Below are positions 12,487-26,117 of a stretch of 64,000 nucleotides of DNA, piece after piece (position 1 is the stretch's first letter; each line of letters opens with the position of its first letter). The translations under genes were made by a program, and so were the position numbers. The DNA lies in contig CAVNZM010000009.1 of NCBI GenBank assembly GCA_963693365.1, positions 8,971,408 to 9,035,407 of the forward strand, given 5' to 3'. The DNA is from Amoebidium appalachense. Lineage: Eukaryota; Protista; Ichthyosporea. Below the pieces are notes generated by a model, which saw only the letters and a program-made list of their open reading frames with translations, had not been told where the DNA came from and searched no databases.

Positions 12487-14710
12487 ATGTGTCAAGTCAC
12501 CAGCACACCCGCCCCTCTTAGGGAGCTTGCAGCGCGGCTTGCACCCCACCTACCCCCCGACAATCTTCTTTCGGAGCCGCAAGCCCCCTCAACGCTTTCT
12601 CCTGCGGGCGAAAAGCTCTGGCTTCTCTACGCGCTTGCCTACGAGGTGCATATGAACGCGAGCCCCATCTCTGCGTCCATGATTGGTGATTATCGCTACA
12701 ATGACCAAATTGGGGATCGCTCACGTGAGGGGTTTGACAAGGTCAACCGTTGCTACCAGAACATTCTTGAAGAGGCTGAGAAGATTGACGAGAAAGATCT
12801 GAGCGAGGAGGTGGAGAACTTGCTGTTCTTGAAGGAACTGTGCAAGTCTGAGGTTCTCAAGTGAGTGCGCAAGATCTTCCGATTCCTTATTCTTTTTTTT
12901 TCTTCTTTTCTTTATAAAGGCTTTTGCAGGCTTTCCTGCCTTCGGCTGTTGAATTCTTGCCTGAATTTGAGGTAACTAGGGTAAGGGCTAGCAAGATTTG
13001 GGAGGGCGGGGATCCAGGTTTGATGTGTAGTAATACAATGGAGAGTCTGGAAAGGGGGAGGAGGGGGGGAGGGGGGGGGGGTTGGCGGGATAGGTTCCAA
13101 TAACAAGAAGTAAACAGGATTCTCTAGTGATAGCATGGAGGCAGACCCCTTTCATAATAATGCATTTGAGACCCCATCCATTACCTCTTTCTTGCTTCTT
13201 CCCTCATACATCCCCCCCCGGCCCCCTCCCCCCCTCTATTCCCTACCTGCAGCTCCATTCGTCATAATACACACTTTAACACACACTAATCACGCACATA
13301 CCCATCTAACAGGCACGAAGATTGGCAGTACGCCATCCCTCTGACGCACATGTTCGGTGCCTTCAACACGTTCATGGGCCTGTCCAACTTCAGCCCTATA
13401 CGCGATGCTAAAGATGCGGCTGACTACCTGAAGCGCATTAGGCAGTTTCCCCTACTGGCAGATCAAATCATCGAGGCGTTCAAGTTTGGGATCAAGCAAA
13501 AGACCACCCTCCCCGCTTTTTCCATCGAAGCCATCATCTCCCAGTTCCAAGCACAAGTTGACACCCCACCAGAAAACATCATTATGTACAAGGGGAAGGA
13601 GGCAAAGATGAGAGAGGTGGGTGCCGATGCCGAGGCAGATGGGGTTCTCATCTCCCTCCGGGATGAGTTCATTCCCTCTTGCAAGAAAATTGTCGAGTTT
13701 TTGCGGGCTGAATACCTGCCTGTGGCCCGCGAGTCGGACGGGTTGTGGTCTTGGCCCGACTTTGAGCGTATCTACAAGGGTACACTCCAGTTCTGGACCT
13801 CTACCGATCTGACGGCTGAAGAGGTTCATCGTCTTGGTAGAGTCATCCCTCCCTCCTTTCCTGCACCTCCCCGCCCCCCCCCCCCCCCCCCCCCCCCAAC
13901 CACCCCCAGACACCATCCCCCCCGCACCCCCCCTCCCTTACCCCTGCTTCCTCCCTCCGCCCCCCAAAAGTAGAAAACTGTCATCCCCCTCGCTCCCTCC
14001 CTACCCCCCCCCCCCCCCTCCCCCACGCCCTCTCCCCCCCACCACACACACCACCACCAAACAGCAATCCCCCCCCCCCCCCCCCCCCCCCCCTTACCCC
14101 CCCACCCCCCACCCCTCCCCCCCCCCCAAAAAAAGGGAAAAGATAGCCATCTCCTCTCCCTCTCTTACCCCCCCCCCCCCCTCCTCCCACCCCAATCCGG
14201 CCCCATCGTATCGTCCTCCTCGCCTCACAGCATTCCCCCAATCCTCCCCCCCCCCCTTACCCCCCCACCCCCCACCCCCCCCCCCCCCCCAAAAAAAAGG
14301 GAAAAGATAGCCATCTCCTCTCCCTCTCCCCCCCTCCTCCCCCCCCCCCCCCCCCCCCCCCCTCCTCCCACCCCAATCCGGCCCCATCGTATCGTCCTCC
14401 TCGCCTCACAGCATTCCCCCCCCCCCCACCCCCCTCCCCCTCCCCCCCCCCCCCCCCCCCTGAAAAAGGAACAATGGCATCATGCGCAAAATGCGTCCTT
14501 CTTTGCTTTCATTACCCCCCCCCCCCCCCCAAAAAAAAAAAAAACAAAAAAACAAAAAAAAAACGCGCCGTTGCCCATTTCCAACACCCCCGACCCATCT
14601 ACCCACATTATTGCCCTCCATTTCCCCTCCTGCCTCCCGGGTGCACGGGGACCACCTACCACCTACCGAGCGATCAATTGCCTTAATTGTTTTCCTGGAT
14701 GCTGGATCCA

Positions 14711-14742
<32 letters not shown>

Positions 14743-14935
14743 ACTCACACACGTCCCACCCCACCCCTTCCCCCGGCATAAAGTTCCACCTTGCCCCTCC
14801 CCCCTCCCCCCTCCCCCGCCACTTCCCTGCCCGGTTCCCGGGAAGAGGTGTGCATTCCTCTTTTGATCTTCAGATCGACTTAAGGTTCTTGTTTTGTGTA
14901 TTTGCGTTTGATGGGCACTAACAAAGTCCCCCCCC

Positions 14936-14966
<31 letters not shown>

Positions 14967-14985
14967 ACAGATGCACACACACACA

Positions 14986-15051
<66 letters not shown>

Positions 15052-15302
15052 TCCCCCCCCACATACACAACATAGACAACATACACACGCAGCATACGCA
15101 CACACCATACCGTGGTAGACATTACCAAGCACGCACCAACACACAATAAGACACACACACGCACACACACACAACACACACACACGCACACACACACACA
15201 CACACACCCATCACCCCCTCCCATCCCCAGCCCCCCCACCCCACCCATCACCCCCCGCCGCCCCCCTCCCCACCCACACCTACCCCGCCCCACCCACACC
15301 CA

Positions 15303-15333
<31 letters not shown>

Positions 15334-16340
15334 ACACACACACACACACACACACAGGTTTGGAGCAAGTGGAGCGTATCAGTGCTGAGATCGAAAAGAT
15401 GAAAAACAAACTTGGCTACAACGACCTCTCCCTCAAAGCCTTTATTGATGTTGTGCGTCACGATGAACGGTTTGTTCCCACCAGTGGCGAGCACATTCTG
15501 GAAGAGTACAGAAAGTGCATCGAGAAGGCTAAAGAGGCTGCACCTGGCCTGTTCAACAAGATGCCAAAGGCTGAGTGCGAGGTGACTTTACCAACCCTTT
15601 CTACACCCCCCCCCCCCCCCCCCCCTCTCTCGCTCCCTCCCTCTCTCCCCACCTCCTCTCTCCCATTTCATTGATTGTGTGATTGGGTTGAAACTTGGTA
15701 CTGTGGATGACTCCCCCCCTCCCCCCGCCGCCACCGCCTTGAGGATGGGCTCTGCTTGGGACCCGTGTCGTTTGTGTGATATACACTCAGTTCCTGTGCG
15801 GTCCATCATGAATGTGCACTTTGTATACTCTAAACCCCCCCCCCCCCCCTCCCCTTCACCCCCAACACACACACTTAACACTTTCATTTCCCGACAGGTG
15901 CGAGCCATCGAAGAGTACCGCCACGCCAGCGCCCCGCCCGCTCACTACTACCCGCCCCCCACGGACAACTCCCGTCCCGCCATTTTTTACGCAAACACAT
16001 ACAAACCCGAAACCCGCCCCCTTTTCACTACGGAGAGCATTGGTCTTCACGAGGCAATCCCTGGTCATCATTTCCAACTTGCCCTTGCACAAGAACTTAC
16101 CGGGCTTCCACGGTTAAGAACACTCTCTGCCCATTTCACCATGGGCTACTGCGAGGGGTGGGGGCTCTACACGGAAAAGCTCGGTGGGTGTTCTTATCCT
16201 TGGATACACCCTACTCATTTCCATTCCTCCCCCCTCCCCCCCTCCCCCTCTGTGCACACATCCCTCCACTCCGTATCAAACACACAGGTGCCCGTACATA
16301 AGGCCACACAAGGCATACTTCTGTTCCTCTCTTCCCCCGT

Positions 16341-16371
<31 letters not shown>

Positions 16372-16727
16372 TCCCCCCACCCCCTCTCTTCCGTGTGTCC
16401 CAGGAAAAGACGTTGCCCCTTCTCCCCCCCCCCCCCCCCCCCCCCCCACAAGAAAAAAAAAAAAAAAAACAAACAAAAAAAACATGCCCCATACCTCTCT
16501 CCATCCCTCCTTCCCCTCTCCCCCTCCCCCCTCCCCTCCCCCCCCCCCCCCCCCCCCCCAACACACACACACACCTCCCTCGCCGACACGTTTAGGATTT
16601 CCGTACCCTCCTAATCCACCCCAAGAAACGTCAAATGTGAGATAGCTTATGACCCCCTCCCCCCCCCCCCCCCCCCCCTCCCTCCCTCCCTTCCCCTCCC
16701 GCAACACACACACACGCACGGGAGCGC

Positions 16728-16815
<88 letters not shown>

Positions 16816-17088
16816 ACTGGAGATGGGCTTCTACACCGACCCCTACCAAGACTTTGGCCGTCTGAGCACGGAGATGATGCGGGCCATCCGATTGGTTGTC
16901 GATACTGGCCTACACCACTACAAGTATTCCCCCCCCCCCCCCCCCCCCCCCCCCCCCATATCATCTTAGACGTACGCAAACACAGACACATGCAGGCGTG
17001 GACACACATACCTTCACTACGACCCCACCCTTTCCTCTCTTTTTGTAATGTGATCGATTTTATCGTACGTTTTTGCCTTCGAGTGCAG

Positions 17089-17125
<37 letters not shown>

Positions 17126-17737
17126 CGCTCTTCCAACCCAGACCTTATTCATGTTTCGGCTTGTTAACCCCCCCTCGGGCCCACCACCACCACCACCACA
17201 CACACTCACACACACGTCGCCTACTCTCCGTGTGCTGGGTTTTTCTACACCATCCTGCACGTACTCATTCCCGGCGACCATGTCCACACACCAACACACA
17301 CATACACACACGTACACACACGCACGCGCACACACGCGCACATGCACACATGCACACACACACACACACAGGTGGACCGTGGACAAGGCCATTGCCTACT
17401 TCTCCTCCCTGTCTGCCATGGGTGATGTCGACATCAAGAACGAAGTCTATCGTTACTGCATTTTCCCCGGCCAGGCTTGCAGCTACAAGGTGATTTTGTT
17501 TTTCTTTACTCGTACACACGCATACGAAAAAGAGACACAGAAGAAGGGGGGGGGGGGGGGGGGGGGGGAGGGGGGGGGGGATGGGGTGATGGACGCAGAG
17601 AGGGGCATCTTCTGTGGTAGGGTTGCTGCTTCCTGTTTTGTTTGAGCGTTTGGGCAGAAACCATGTTTTCTGCCCAAAGTACAACAACCCCCCCCCCCCC
17701 CCCCCCCCTGCCCGGAGGGAAGAACGTCAAGGAAAAG

Positions 17738-17776
<39 letters not shown>

Positions 17777-17819
17777 CGGCCGCCAGCTCATTACTACTCC
17801 TTTGCTAGAATGCCCCCCT

Positions 17820-17851
<32 letters not shown>

Positions 17852-18077
17852 CTCTTTTCCTTTTTTTGGCCATATTCGGTGAACTAATCATTGATGCGCG
17901 CACGTGCAGGTGGGAGAACTCAAAATCCTTGAGCTGCGCAAATTTGCAGAGGATGAGCTGGGGTCCAAATTCAACATCCGTGAATTTCACGACACCGTGC
18001 TGGGGTCTGGCTCCCTGCCCCTCTCCATGCTCGACACCATTGTGCGCCGCTGGGTGGCCAAGGTGAAGGCCCAATAG
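12487..18077 (+). CDS. DUF885-family protein (metallopeptidase-like), 7 exons: 12487-12860, 13313-13836, 15358-15581, 15898-16183, 16815-16923, 17372-17489, 17910-18077
   Basis: All six introns are GT-AG and phase-compatible. Motifs [52 protein letters not shown] and [17 protein letters not shown] are typical of DUF885. Confidence 0.93.
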
Positions 18078-19036
18078 ATTTTAGCAATTTGTAGCCTTTT
18101 TTGGCTATTGTAGCTAAGTGACGGGCTGCTAGTTGCTGTATGGAAATGTATTTTACGAAGTATCTAATAGGAGGTTTTGACAGCCTGGGTTAGACCTTAG
18201 GTGGTTTCTGAGTGCCACTGGAGACTCAAATTAGTGATGGTCGGGTTGATGGGTGTTGTGTTTCAAATTTAAAGGTGCTGATGAATGTGTGAGTGGATGC
18301 AATTCTAATTAATTAGTTTTGTACATATCTGGACTACATACATACTGTAGTACACGAGGCATATTGGTATGTCTTGGTGTAACTAATAGTATAATATATA
18401 AAAAATTGCAGTGAGCAGTCCTAATTTTTTTTGTGAGTGTCACGATCACTCCCCATGATTTTGCCCCTAAACACAGGCGCGCGCACCTACACACACACAC
18501 GTACATGCGCACAGGCACACATGTACACACACACACACACTCACGTACAGCGTGACGCACAGATATCACTAAACACACATAAATATGCGGAGGTGCCCGT
18601 GCATGGCAGAGATCCTTATGCATTGCCGGAGTGCCACGTATTAATCTTTCATTCCAGTAGACACACCCAATAAACTCTTTTGTCACACACCCTATATTTA
18701 TTTAATATAACACTTAGTTATCTTTAGAATGTGTCGGCACCTTCGAATTCATTTGTTCTAGATCTGTGGAGACTGGCCGGCCTGCAGGCCTGCATTCGAT
18801 ATGCTTCATGAAACTGCACGTGTATGTACATGTATACCCGGCACGTCAAACATCTGTGCCAAGAGTGTACATATATCCTGCGCACGCGGCGTTGTACACT
18901 TAATACATACACGTGCCAGGGCGAGCCGAGCCGCGGACGGACATGATCATGCGCCAAAAGATTTTTTTGCCTTTTTTTTTCCCCACTAGGGAAATTTTTT
19001 GTTGTTGTTGTCATTGGAAGACACTGTGTGTGTGCA

Positions 19037-19080
<44 letters not shown>

Positions 19081-19848
19081 AGGAGGCCTGCCGGAGGAGG
19101 GGGAGGGAGGATCCATGCGGGCGCGGGGAACGAGGATTAGAAATATGTATTCAACGGCGATGACTGTTCAGTCAGCACAAATCTGCGTGATATCTTATCT
19201 GCATGCGCAGGGAAAAAGGAGGTGGATTCATTGGGATCATACAGAAGATAGTCCCAGACTTGAACTTTGCACGCGTCGCCAGCTTGCGTCTACTTCCACG
19301 ATGACGATAATTCCTAGAAACTTCGCTTATTTATTGCATTGTTAAGGTGATTCAGAGCACCGAGCCACCCACTTGGTGAAAGAAGAGGTGTGGTAAAGCG
19401 CCATCATCAGTGAAGCAAGCACCTCCCTGGTTCTCAGGAGTCAGAACACCCCGCGGCATTCTGGCCGTGGTATGTAGGCATCTCAGCAGATGACCCCTCT
19501 GGCAACACCATACGGAATTCATAAAGGCGAGAGCGTGCTGTGGAACAAAAAACTATGCATGCAAAAAACACCAATTTGAACTTTCTAAACGTTTGCTAAG
19601 GATATTTTTTCACTTTTTGGCTTGGAAAAAAATATGTTGCACCACAATTACATTACATAGTATCTTGGTGAATTCAAAAAGATTGAATCTGCAGCTGATA
19701 GATTATGGGCATGCGTTCGCATTCCTCAGATTACCATTTTATCCAACTATATTTTTTTAAAATTTACCAGGGCTCCAATCATATGGTTAGATCCTAGGTC
19801 ATCTACATTCCATGGGAGATCATGTCACATTCCAATCAACCCACTGGG

Positions 19849-19857
19849 GTATATAAA
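19849..19857 (+). promoter_or_regulatory. TATA-box-like element upstream of the protease gene
   Basis: GTATATAAA ~80 nt before ATG 19937, with CCAAT at 19775 and 19831. Confidence 0.4.
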
Positions 19858-19936
19858 CAACCCAACGCAGTGCTCTTCCCCAACTGCATAGAAACAAAAC
19901 AACAACAAAGCAACCACCATTCTTCTACCCAACAAA

Positions 19937-21022
19937 ATGATCTACATGCAGCTTTTATTAGCCGCCTATTTGGCTGGAATCACACTTGGCGCTGTGGTTG
20001 AACCGACCCGCACAGACCAACTTGCCGAAGGGAACCCCACCGACCAGGTCGACTCAACAGACACCGTTGCGGAGGCTGACGATGGTTTTGCCTTTGGCGA
20101 AAAATGGCAGGCACTGAACGTGTTTGGCGGCCAGTTCAAGTCCGTGGCGCGCACGGCTGAGCTGCAAGAACGCACGCTTTTTACGGGTGTATTCAAGGAG
20201 TTAGACCCCAACCGTCCGTTCAACAGTGATAGGGCAGGAGACGACAGGCGTGAGGTCGACCTTCCCTACGAGGAGTTGCTCATGCGCGCTGCATTTGACT
20301 CCGTTGAGGCCCCGAAAGAACCCGGCGTCCCCTCCGTGGTGCAGCGCACTGTGCTCGACCCAGACAGCAGCGAGGCTAAGATGGCACTCTATGAAATGCT
20401 TAAACGAATGGCCGAAATGGAAACCCTGCACTCCTACGGCGCCGTGCCCAAAGACTCAAAGGAGCCTGCAACGAATCCCACCGTGCAACAGCGTGTAAGA
20501 CGGTTTATTTTTGGTGCTGACGACCGCACACATGTCGCAAACAGCAAAAACTTCCCCTACCGCACTGTGGGCATGGTCGGCAACCACTGCACGGGCACAT
20601 TGAAGTTGTTCCTTAATGCCCTTATCACTCTCGAAGAGTCTCCGAGCGTCGGGTGGATGTCGTTTGGCTGGCACACAGGCATCAGCTCTGGGTGGAACTT
20701 TAACATTAACGGATACCCTGGGGACAAGCCGTGGGGGCAAATGTTTAACCACTTTGGGGCACTGATTGACGCAAAGAGCAAGCAGCTGCGCCACCGCATG
20801 GACACAGTACCAGGCACAAGCGGGTCGGGCATGTACGTTAAGTTTGACAGCGGGTTAAGGCGCATATATGGTGTCAGCAATGTGGAGGCTTCGAAGGTTG
20901 TTATTGAGTGGCCGTGGTTCTGGAACTGGCACTGGGAGAAAGACTACAATGCGGGTGTGCGTGTGACAGAGAGTCGCTTTGCCCTGATTTGTGGGTGGAT
21001 GAATGAACCGTCTGTGTGCTAA
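19937..21022 (+). CDS. secreted S1 (glutamyl-endopeptidase/V8-like) serine protease precursor lacking the catalytic His and Asp segment
   Basis: Signal peptide, long propeptide, RVRR|FIFGADDR, FPYRTVG, CTGTL, GYPGDK, DTVPGTSGS. No TAAHC or DYAL-type Asp. No introns. Confidence 0.85.
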   Translation: MIYMQLLLAAYLAGITLGAVVEPTRTDQLAEGNPTDQVDSTDTVAEADDGFAFGEKWQALNVFGGQFKSVARTAELQERTLFTGVFKELDPNRPFNSDRAGDDRREVDLPYEELLMRAAFDSVEAPKEPGVPSVVQRTVLDPDSSEAKMALYEMLKRMAEMETLHSYGAVPKDSKEPATNPTVQQRVRRFIFGADDRTHVANSKNFPYRTVGMVGNHCTGTLKLFLNALITLEESPSVGWMSFGWHTGISSGWNFNINGYPGDKPWGQMFNHFGALIDAKSKQLRHRMDTVPGTSGSGMYVKFDSGLRRIYGVSNVEASKVVIEWPWFWNWHWEKDYNAGVRVTESRFALICGWMNEPSVC

Positions 21023-21685
21023 GTTTGCTTGGATTCCGAGAATCGTGCCTATATGTGACAACCCATTTATTCGGTTAACACAACAAGTTGCTTCGTTGTA
21101 GCCTATTTCAAAAATAATTCTTTTTAAATTTTGGTGTTTATTGAAAACAGCTAGAAGCCTTCACGGATTTGCAAAATGTCGATTCCACAAGAATAACTTG
21201 GAAACAGTTCAAAGGTAACTGCTATAAAGGTTAGTGTAGGCTAATGTGTCGATCTCCCTATGATGTGTAGTTATGTCACTAGACCCCACCAATACCACTG
21301 CCACGGGCCTTAAGGTGAAGTTGGGTGTATTGGTGTTTAGACGGTAACCGCACAAATGTTGTATTGGTCTTCGAAAAAACGAAGTGCAGTATGCTATGTA
21401 TATGCGCGCCAATTCTACTCTCAGCCACAATAAATAAAGGGTATGCATATGAAAAATGGATATTAAATCGGTGATAGTATAATAATTCGTGTTTTTTCCA
21501 CAAAAAAAGTTTAGCCGTGTTTGTTAGTGACTGTCAAATACAGCACAAAAACCGCATTTTTTGAAAATTAACCCCCCCCCCCCCCCCCTCCCGGGCCTCC
21601 CCCCGACATTGTGTGCACGTGTGTGAACGTATGTTTGTGTTTGTATCTGTGTATGTGCAAGGCCCTTCCGAAGGTTTTTTTTTTT

Positions 21686-21726
<41 letters not shown>

Positions 21727-22049
21727 GGGGGCAGGAAAAGAGGGGAGGTGGAGGCGGGGGATGTGTGGGTTGGTGGGTAGGGAGGGGGGAGCCGGGGGGG
21801 AGAGGGTGATCTATATATATAGGTACTCAGACTTCCAATATGTGGAAATAGAAGTTTGTGATGTCGACAGATAAATGAATAACTTTGTTGGGAACCCATT
21901 GTTCATACATAATTAAAGATTTATAAGCGCATTTGATATTGGCACTTCAGACTGTGAAAATAGCATTATTGGTATTTAGCGACTTTGCTGTAGGTTAAGT
22001 TATTACACTGATGTATTCAATGTAGATAATGGGAACCGTTGATGGCATA

Positions 22050-23790
22050 TAAATAGTACTCCGGGACGTCCAGTTACGGATGCAGTTGTTCGTTCAGCAC
22101 AAGATATTGCCGATACAATGCGCTACTTGCATCCCTCCTATGCTGCCCGTAAACCAACCCCCCCCCCCCCCCCCTCCTTCCTCCCCCTCCTCCCCTCCTT
22201 CCTCCCCCCCCCTCCCCCCCATCCCCCCCCTCCCCCCCCCTCCCCCCCCTCCCCCCCTCTCTCTCTCCCCGGGGATCCCCTGCTGCCTTCGTGCCCCAAC
22301 ATGGTTAATTGGTCGAATCAAATTCTGTAATCTACCCCTCAGCCCTGACTGCTGCCGGCGGTTTTGTTTGTGTTTGTAGAATGGGGGGGGGGGGGGGGGT
22401 CTAACAGTGCTTCAGCAGAGCACGGAAGCGACCAGTTACTCAGTCAGTGGCGATCAAGGCTGCAATCGACATCGGGATGGACCAGATTGCCTCGTGATTG
22501 CTCACCTAGGCAGAGTTCGTGTGGTAGTCGCCCAGCAATCAAGGACTTGACTCGTGGGAAGGACTCTCAAAGGGTTGTAGAATGACCGTGGGAAAAAGGG
22601 GTTCTAAAGAGAGCGGGGTTGGATGGGGAGGGGGGGGGGGGGGGGGGGGGGGGGGAGAATGGAGGTTTGAGTGGGAGTATTTTTTTGTTGTTATTCTTCA
22701 AGTTGTTTGTTTGTTTGTTTGGTTGGTTTTTTTTGTTTTCTTTTCTTCTGGTCGGAAGGGGGGGGGGGAGGGGGGGGGGGGGAGGGGGGAGGGGGGAGGG
22801 GGGGAGGGGGCAGGTGTTAATACGATCACCTACATTGTATACTATAATAATTGGCACTATGTCATACACATATGTTGAAGCAAAGACCTCCGAGCTTTCT
22901 ATCACATTTTCAAAAATTTTCAGGTCAGCAATTCGTCTCATCCGATTCAATGTGCTCCCTCCACCACTCCCCCTTCCCCCCCCGGCCCCCCCCTCGCTTC
23001 CCTGCTCCTTCCCCCCCCCTCCCCCCCCCTCCCTCCCCCCCCCCCCCCCCCCCCCCCTTCTTCCCCAAAACTGGCCCAACTCGATACCAAACGGGGGGAG
23101 GGGAGAGGGGGGGAGGGGGGAGGATGCTTCCTTGCTGCTTCCTTCGTGCCCCAACTTGGTCTCCGGACTGAGTTATCTAGACCTCTCTGCCACTCCATCC
23201 CCCCCCCACCTCCCGGAGGGGAATAACATGATGTAATGTACCCCACGGCTGAGGGCAGTTAACTCTTTGAATTATAGACCCTACCGCGGCGGATTTACCT
23301 AAGATTTAAAAGTGAGCGGCCTCTGTATGGGATAGCTCCTGTGTATCCTACAGTATGTGCTAGATTGTGTACACATTTGCCCTATCGTTATGGGCTAGCT
23401 CGCATGTGTCTGTCTTGCTGCCATTCTCTTAGGGCACTGGAATTGTTGCAAGAGGATGACGTCACACTGCCACTGCTGCCAGTGCAGTCCTGTCGGCCCA
23501 TTGGGCCGAGAAAGGTGGACCAGTACACAGGCAACGGTTGGGGGCTGGTGGGAGGAGGGGTGGGACTACGAGACCTTGTGTGTGGGAGGGAATGCGAAGG
23601 AGAAGGGGGGAGGGGGGGTGGGGGGGGGGTGGGAGCGGGGGTTTTCTGTTTTACCTCATTATCAGTGAGAGGGGGAGAGAGGGGGGGGGGGGGGGGGGGG
23701 GAGAGGGGGGGGGGGGAAGGGGAGGGAGAGAGGTAGGGAGAGAGGGAGAGAGGGAGGAAGGAATAAAGAGAAGGGGGGGGGGGGGGGGGG

Positions 23791-23821
<31 letters not shown>

Positions 23822-24066
23822 GGGGGGGGGAAGAGAGAGCGAGAGAACGAAAGGGAGAGAGAGAGAGAGAGAGAAACATGGACATTGGAGGAGACTGAAG
23901 TATTTTTTTGTTTTAGATTCTTGGTTTTCTTTTTTTTTTCTGGGGGGGGAGGGGGGGGGGGGGGGGGGGAGGGGGGGCAGGAGGAATTGGGGGGGGGGGG
24001 GGGGGGGTTGGCTTACCACGTAAGATTATTGCACGTAATTTATGTACTTGATTGGTCGGGGTGGGT

Positions 24067-24111
<45 letters not shown>

Positions 24112-24254
24112 GAGGGGGGGACATGGGAACCTCAAGCTAGGTGCAAGGGACCCAAGAGAAAAGGTGCCTTTTACTTATATTGCCCAACGTTTCTTTAAAT
24201 TTTCTTCATGCTTTTTTTCCGAGAGGGAGAGAAGGGGGAAGGGAGGGGGGGGGG

Positions 24255-24288
<34 letters not shown>

Positions 24289-24582
24289 GAAAGGGGGGGG
24301 GGGGGGGGGGGGGGGATGGTAATAGCGTTACTAAAAGTAAAGGAAATACACACAACATGCACACAAACGCGCAAACACACACGTTGTGGCATGCACACAC
24401 AAAGAAGCAGACACACAACACTCGCGCTTAAACACGCCTTCTCGGACCCAAACACGCTTGCGCGCCTGTCGCACGCACACCTGCAAGTACCCTTTCCTAA
24501 ACCATTCCAATCCACGGCCCACACATCCGCCTGTTAGATTTCCCACATGCTCCCCTCCTCCAGGACCTCCTCCCCCCCTCCC

Positions 24583-24654
<72 letters not shown>

Positions 24655-24953
24655 ACATACATACATACACGCCAGAGACACACCACCACTAGCACGTACA
24701 AGAATAAAACTCACCCTTTGCATTGACCTTGTGCTCACCGACACATTTAAGCATTATTCAGAAGCAACAGGAGGGCACCGAGCTATGCTATATGACTGTC
24801 ACAGGCATCATGTCTGCAGACCGAACGGCTAATGTTGTGTCATGCATTGACGGTCAGGATTCAAAGGTATTTTTTTCTTTTTCGGTGGTGGTGGGACGAG
24901 GAGGAGGAGGAGGGAGGGGGGGAGGGGAGGGAGGGGGGGGGGGGGGGGGGGGG

Positions 24954-24992
<39 letters not shown>

Positions 24993-26032
24993 ATCGTATG
25001 GGATTGTTCCTGTATTTAGAAATACAAGTGCACGGAGTGTGGAGTGTGGCTGCTGCCGGGTTGGTGTTTTTTTTTTTTTTTTTTTTTTTTTTTTGAGGAG
25101 GGGGGGGGGGAGGGGGGGGAATTTCAGCAGTGTTTCAGCAAAACAGTTTTCTTGATAGTTCAACTAGGCAGTGTTCATTGGGGTGGTCGGCCAGCAATCA
25201 TGGACTTGGTCATCGCAGGGTTGCAACACTAAAAATTTCACACAGGAGCTTTCTCGAGTCCCTTGTGGAGCACAAGGAGGAATTTAGTTGCTGAGAGAGG
25301 GAGAGGGAGAAGGGGAGGGAGAGGGGCAGGGAGAGGTACAGGTGGAAGGAGAGGGGGAGATAGATAGAATGAGATAGAGGGAGAGTGACAGAGAGGCAGA
25401 GAGAGTTACAGTCCTAGAGAGAGAGAGAGGAGGGGATGGGAGGGGGGAGGGGAGGGAGGACTTGGGGGAAGGGGGGGGCCACGCTTTTTAGCACTGTTAT
25501 AGTTCCAGCAGCAGCAGATGGAGCGACCAATCAACTTGAATCAGAGCATCAGTAATACGATGCACAGCAAGAATCCACTGGATTATGTGGCACAGACAGC
25601 AATTGCTATGCCTAGTGATATTTCAACTGGGCAATACACTAGGTCGGATTGCCTATGTGAAATTTTCAATGGCTTTGCTTCGCTCCTCTTGGAATGATGA
25701 CGTATTGAAGGGCTGGGGGAAGGGCTACCCAATATACCAAATGACGCTTTAAGTAATCAAAGTTAAAAATATGAATAGAAAACAGGTTTTGGTCAAATAT
25801 TTTTATGCATAACGCGACACACATTTATTGTATAAGCAACATAGGGTGTCCGCCGCTTATTTTATGGTGAAAACTAGAAACATCCATGATTTTGTCATAG
25901 ACGATCGACCAGGGCCCTGACGGTCGGAGCCTTAGCCGGACGGTTTCAAGTTGCCGATTTTGACGATGAGGGAAGCGTCGGACATCACGGGCACCCTGTA
26001 TCATTATTACGCGTTTTTTCATTTCCTTTTTT

Positions 26033-26117
<85 letters not shown>

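Noticed and set aside
19140-19560. Complex-sequence block resembling a decayed coding region
   Set aside because: It has stops in the plausible frames and no recognisable motif.
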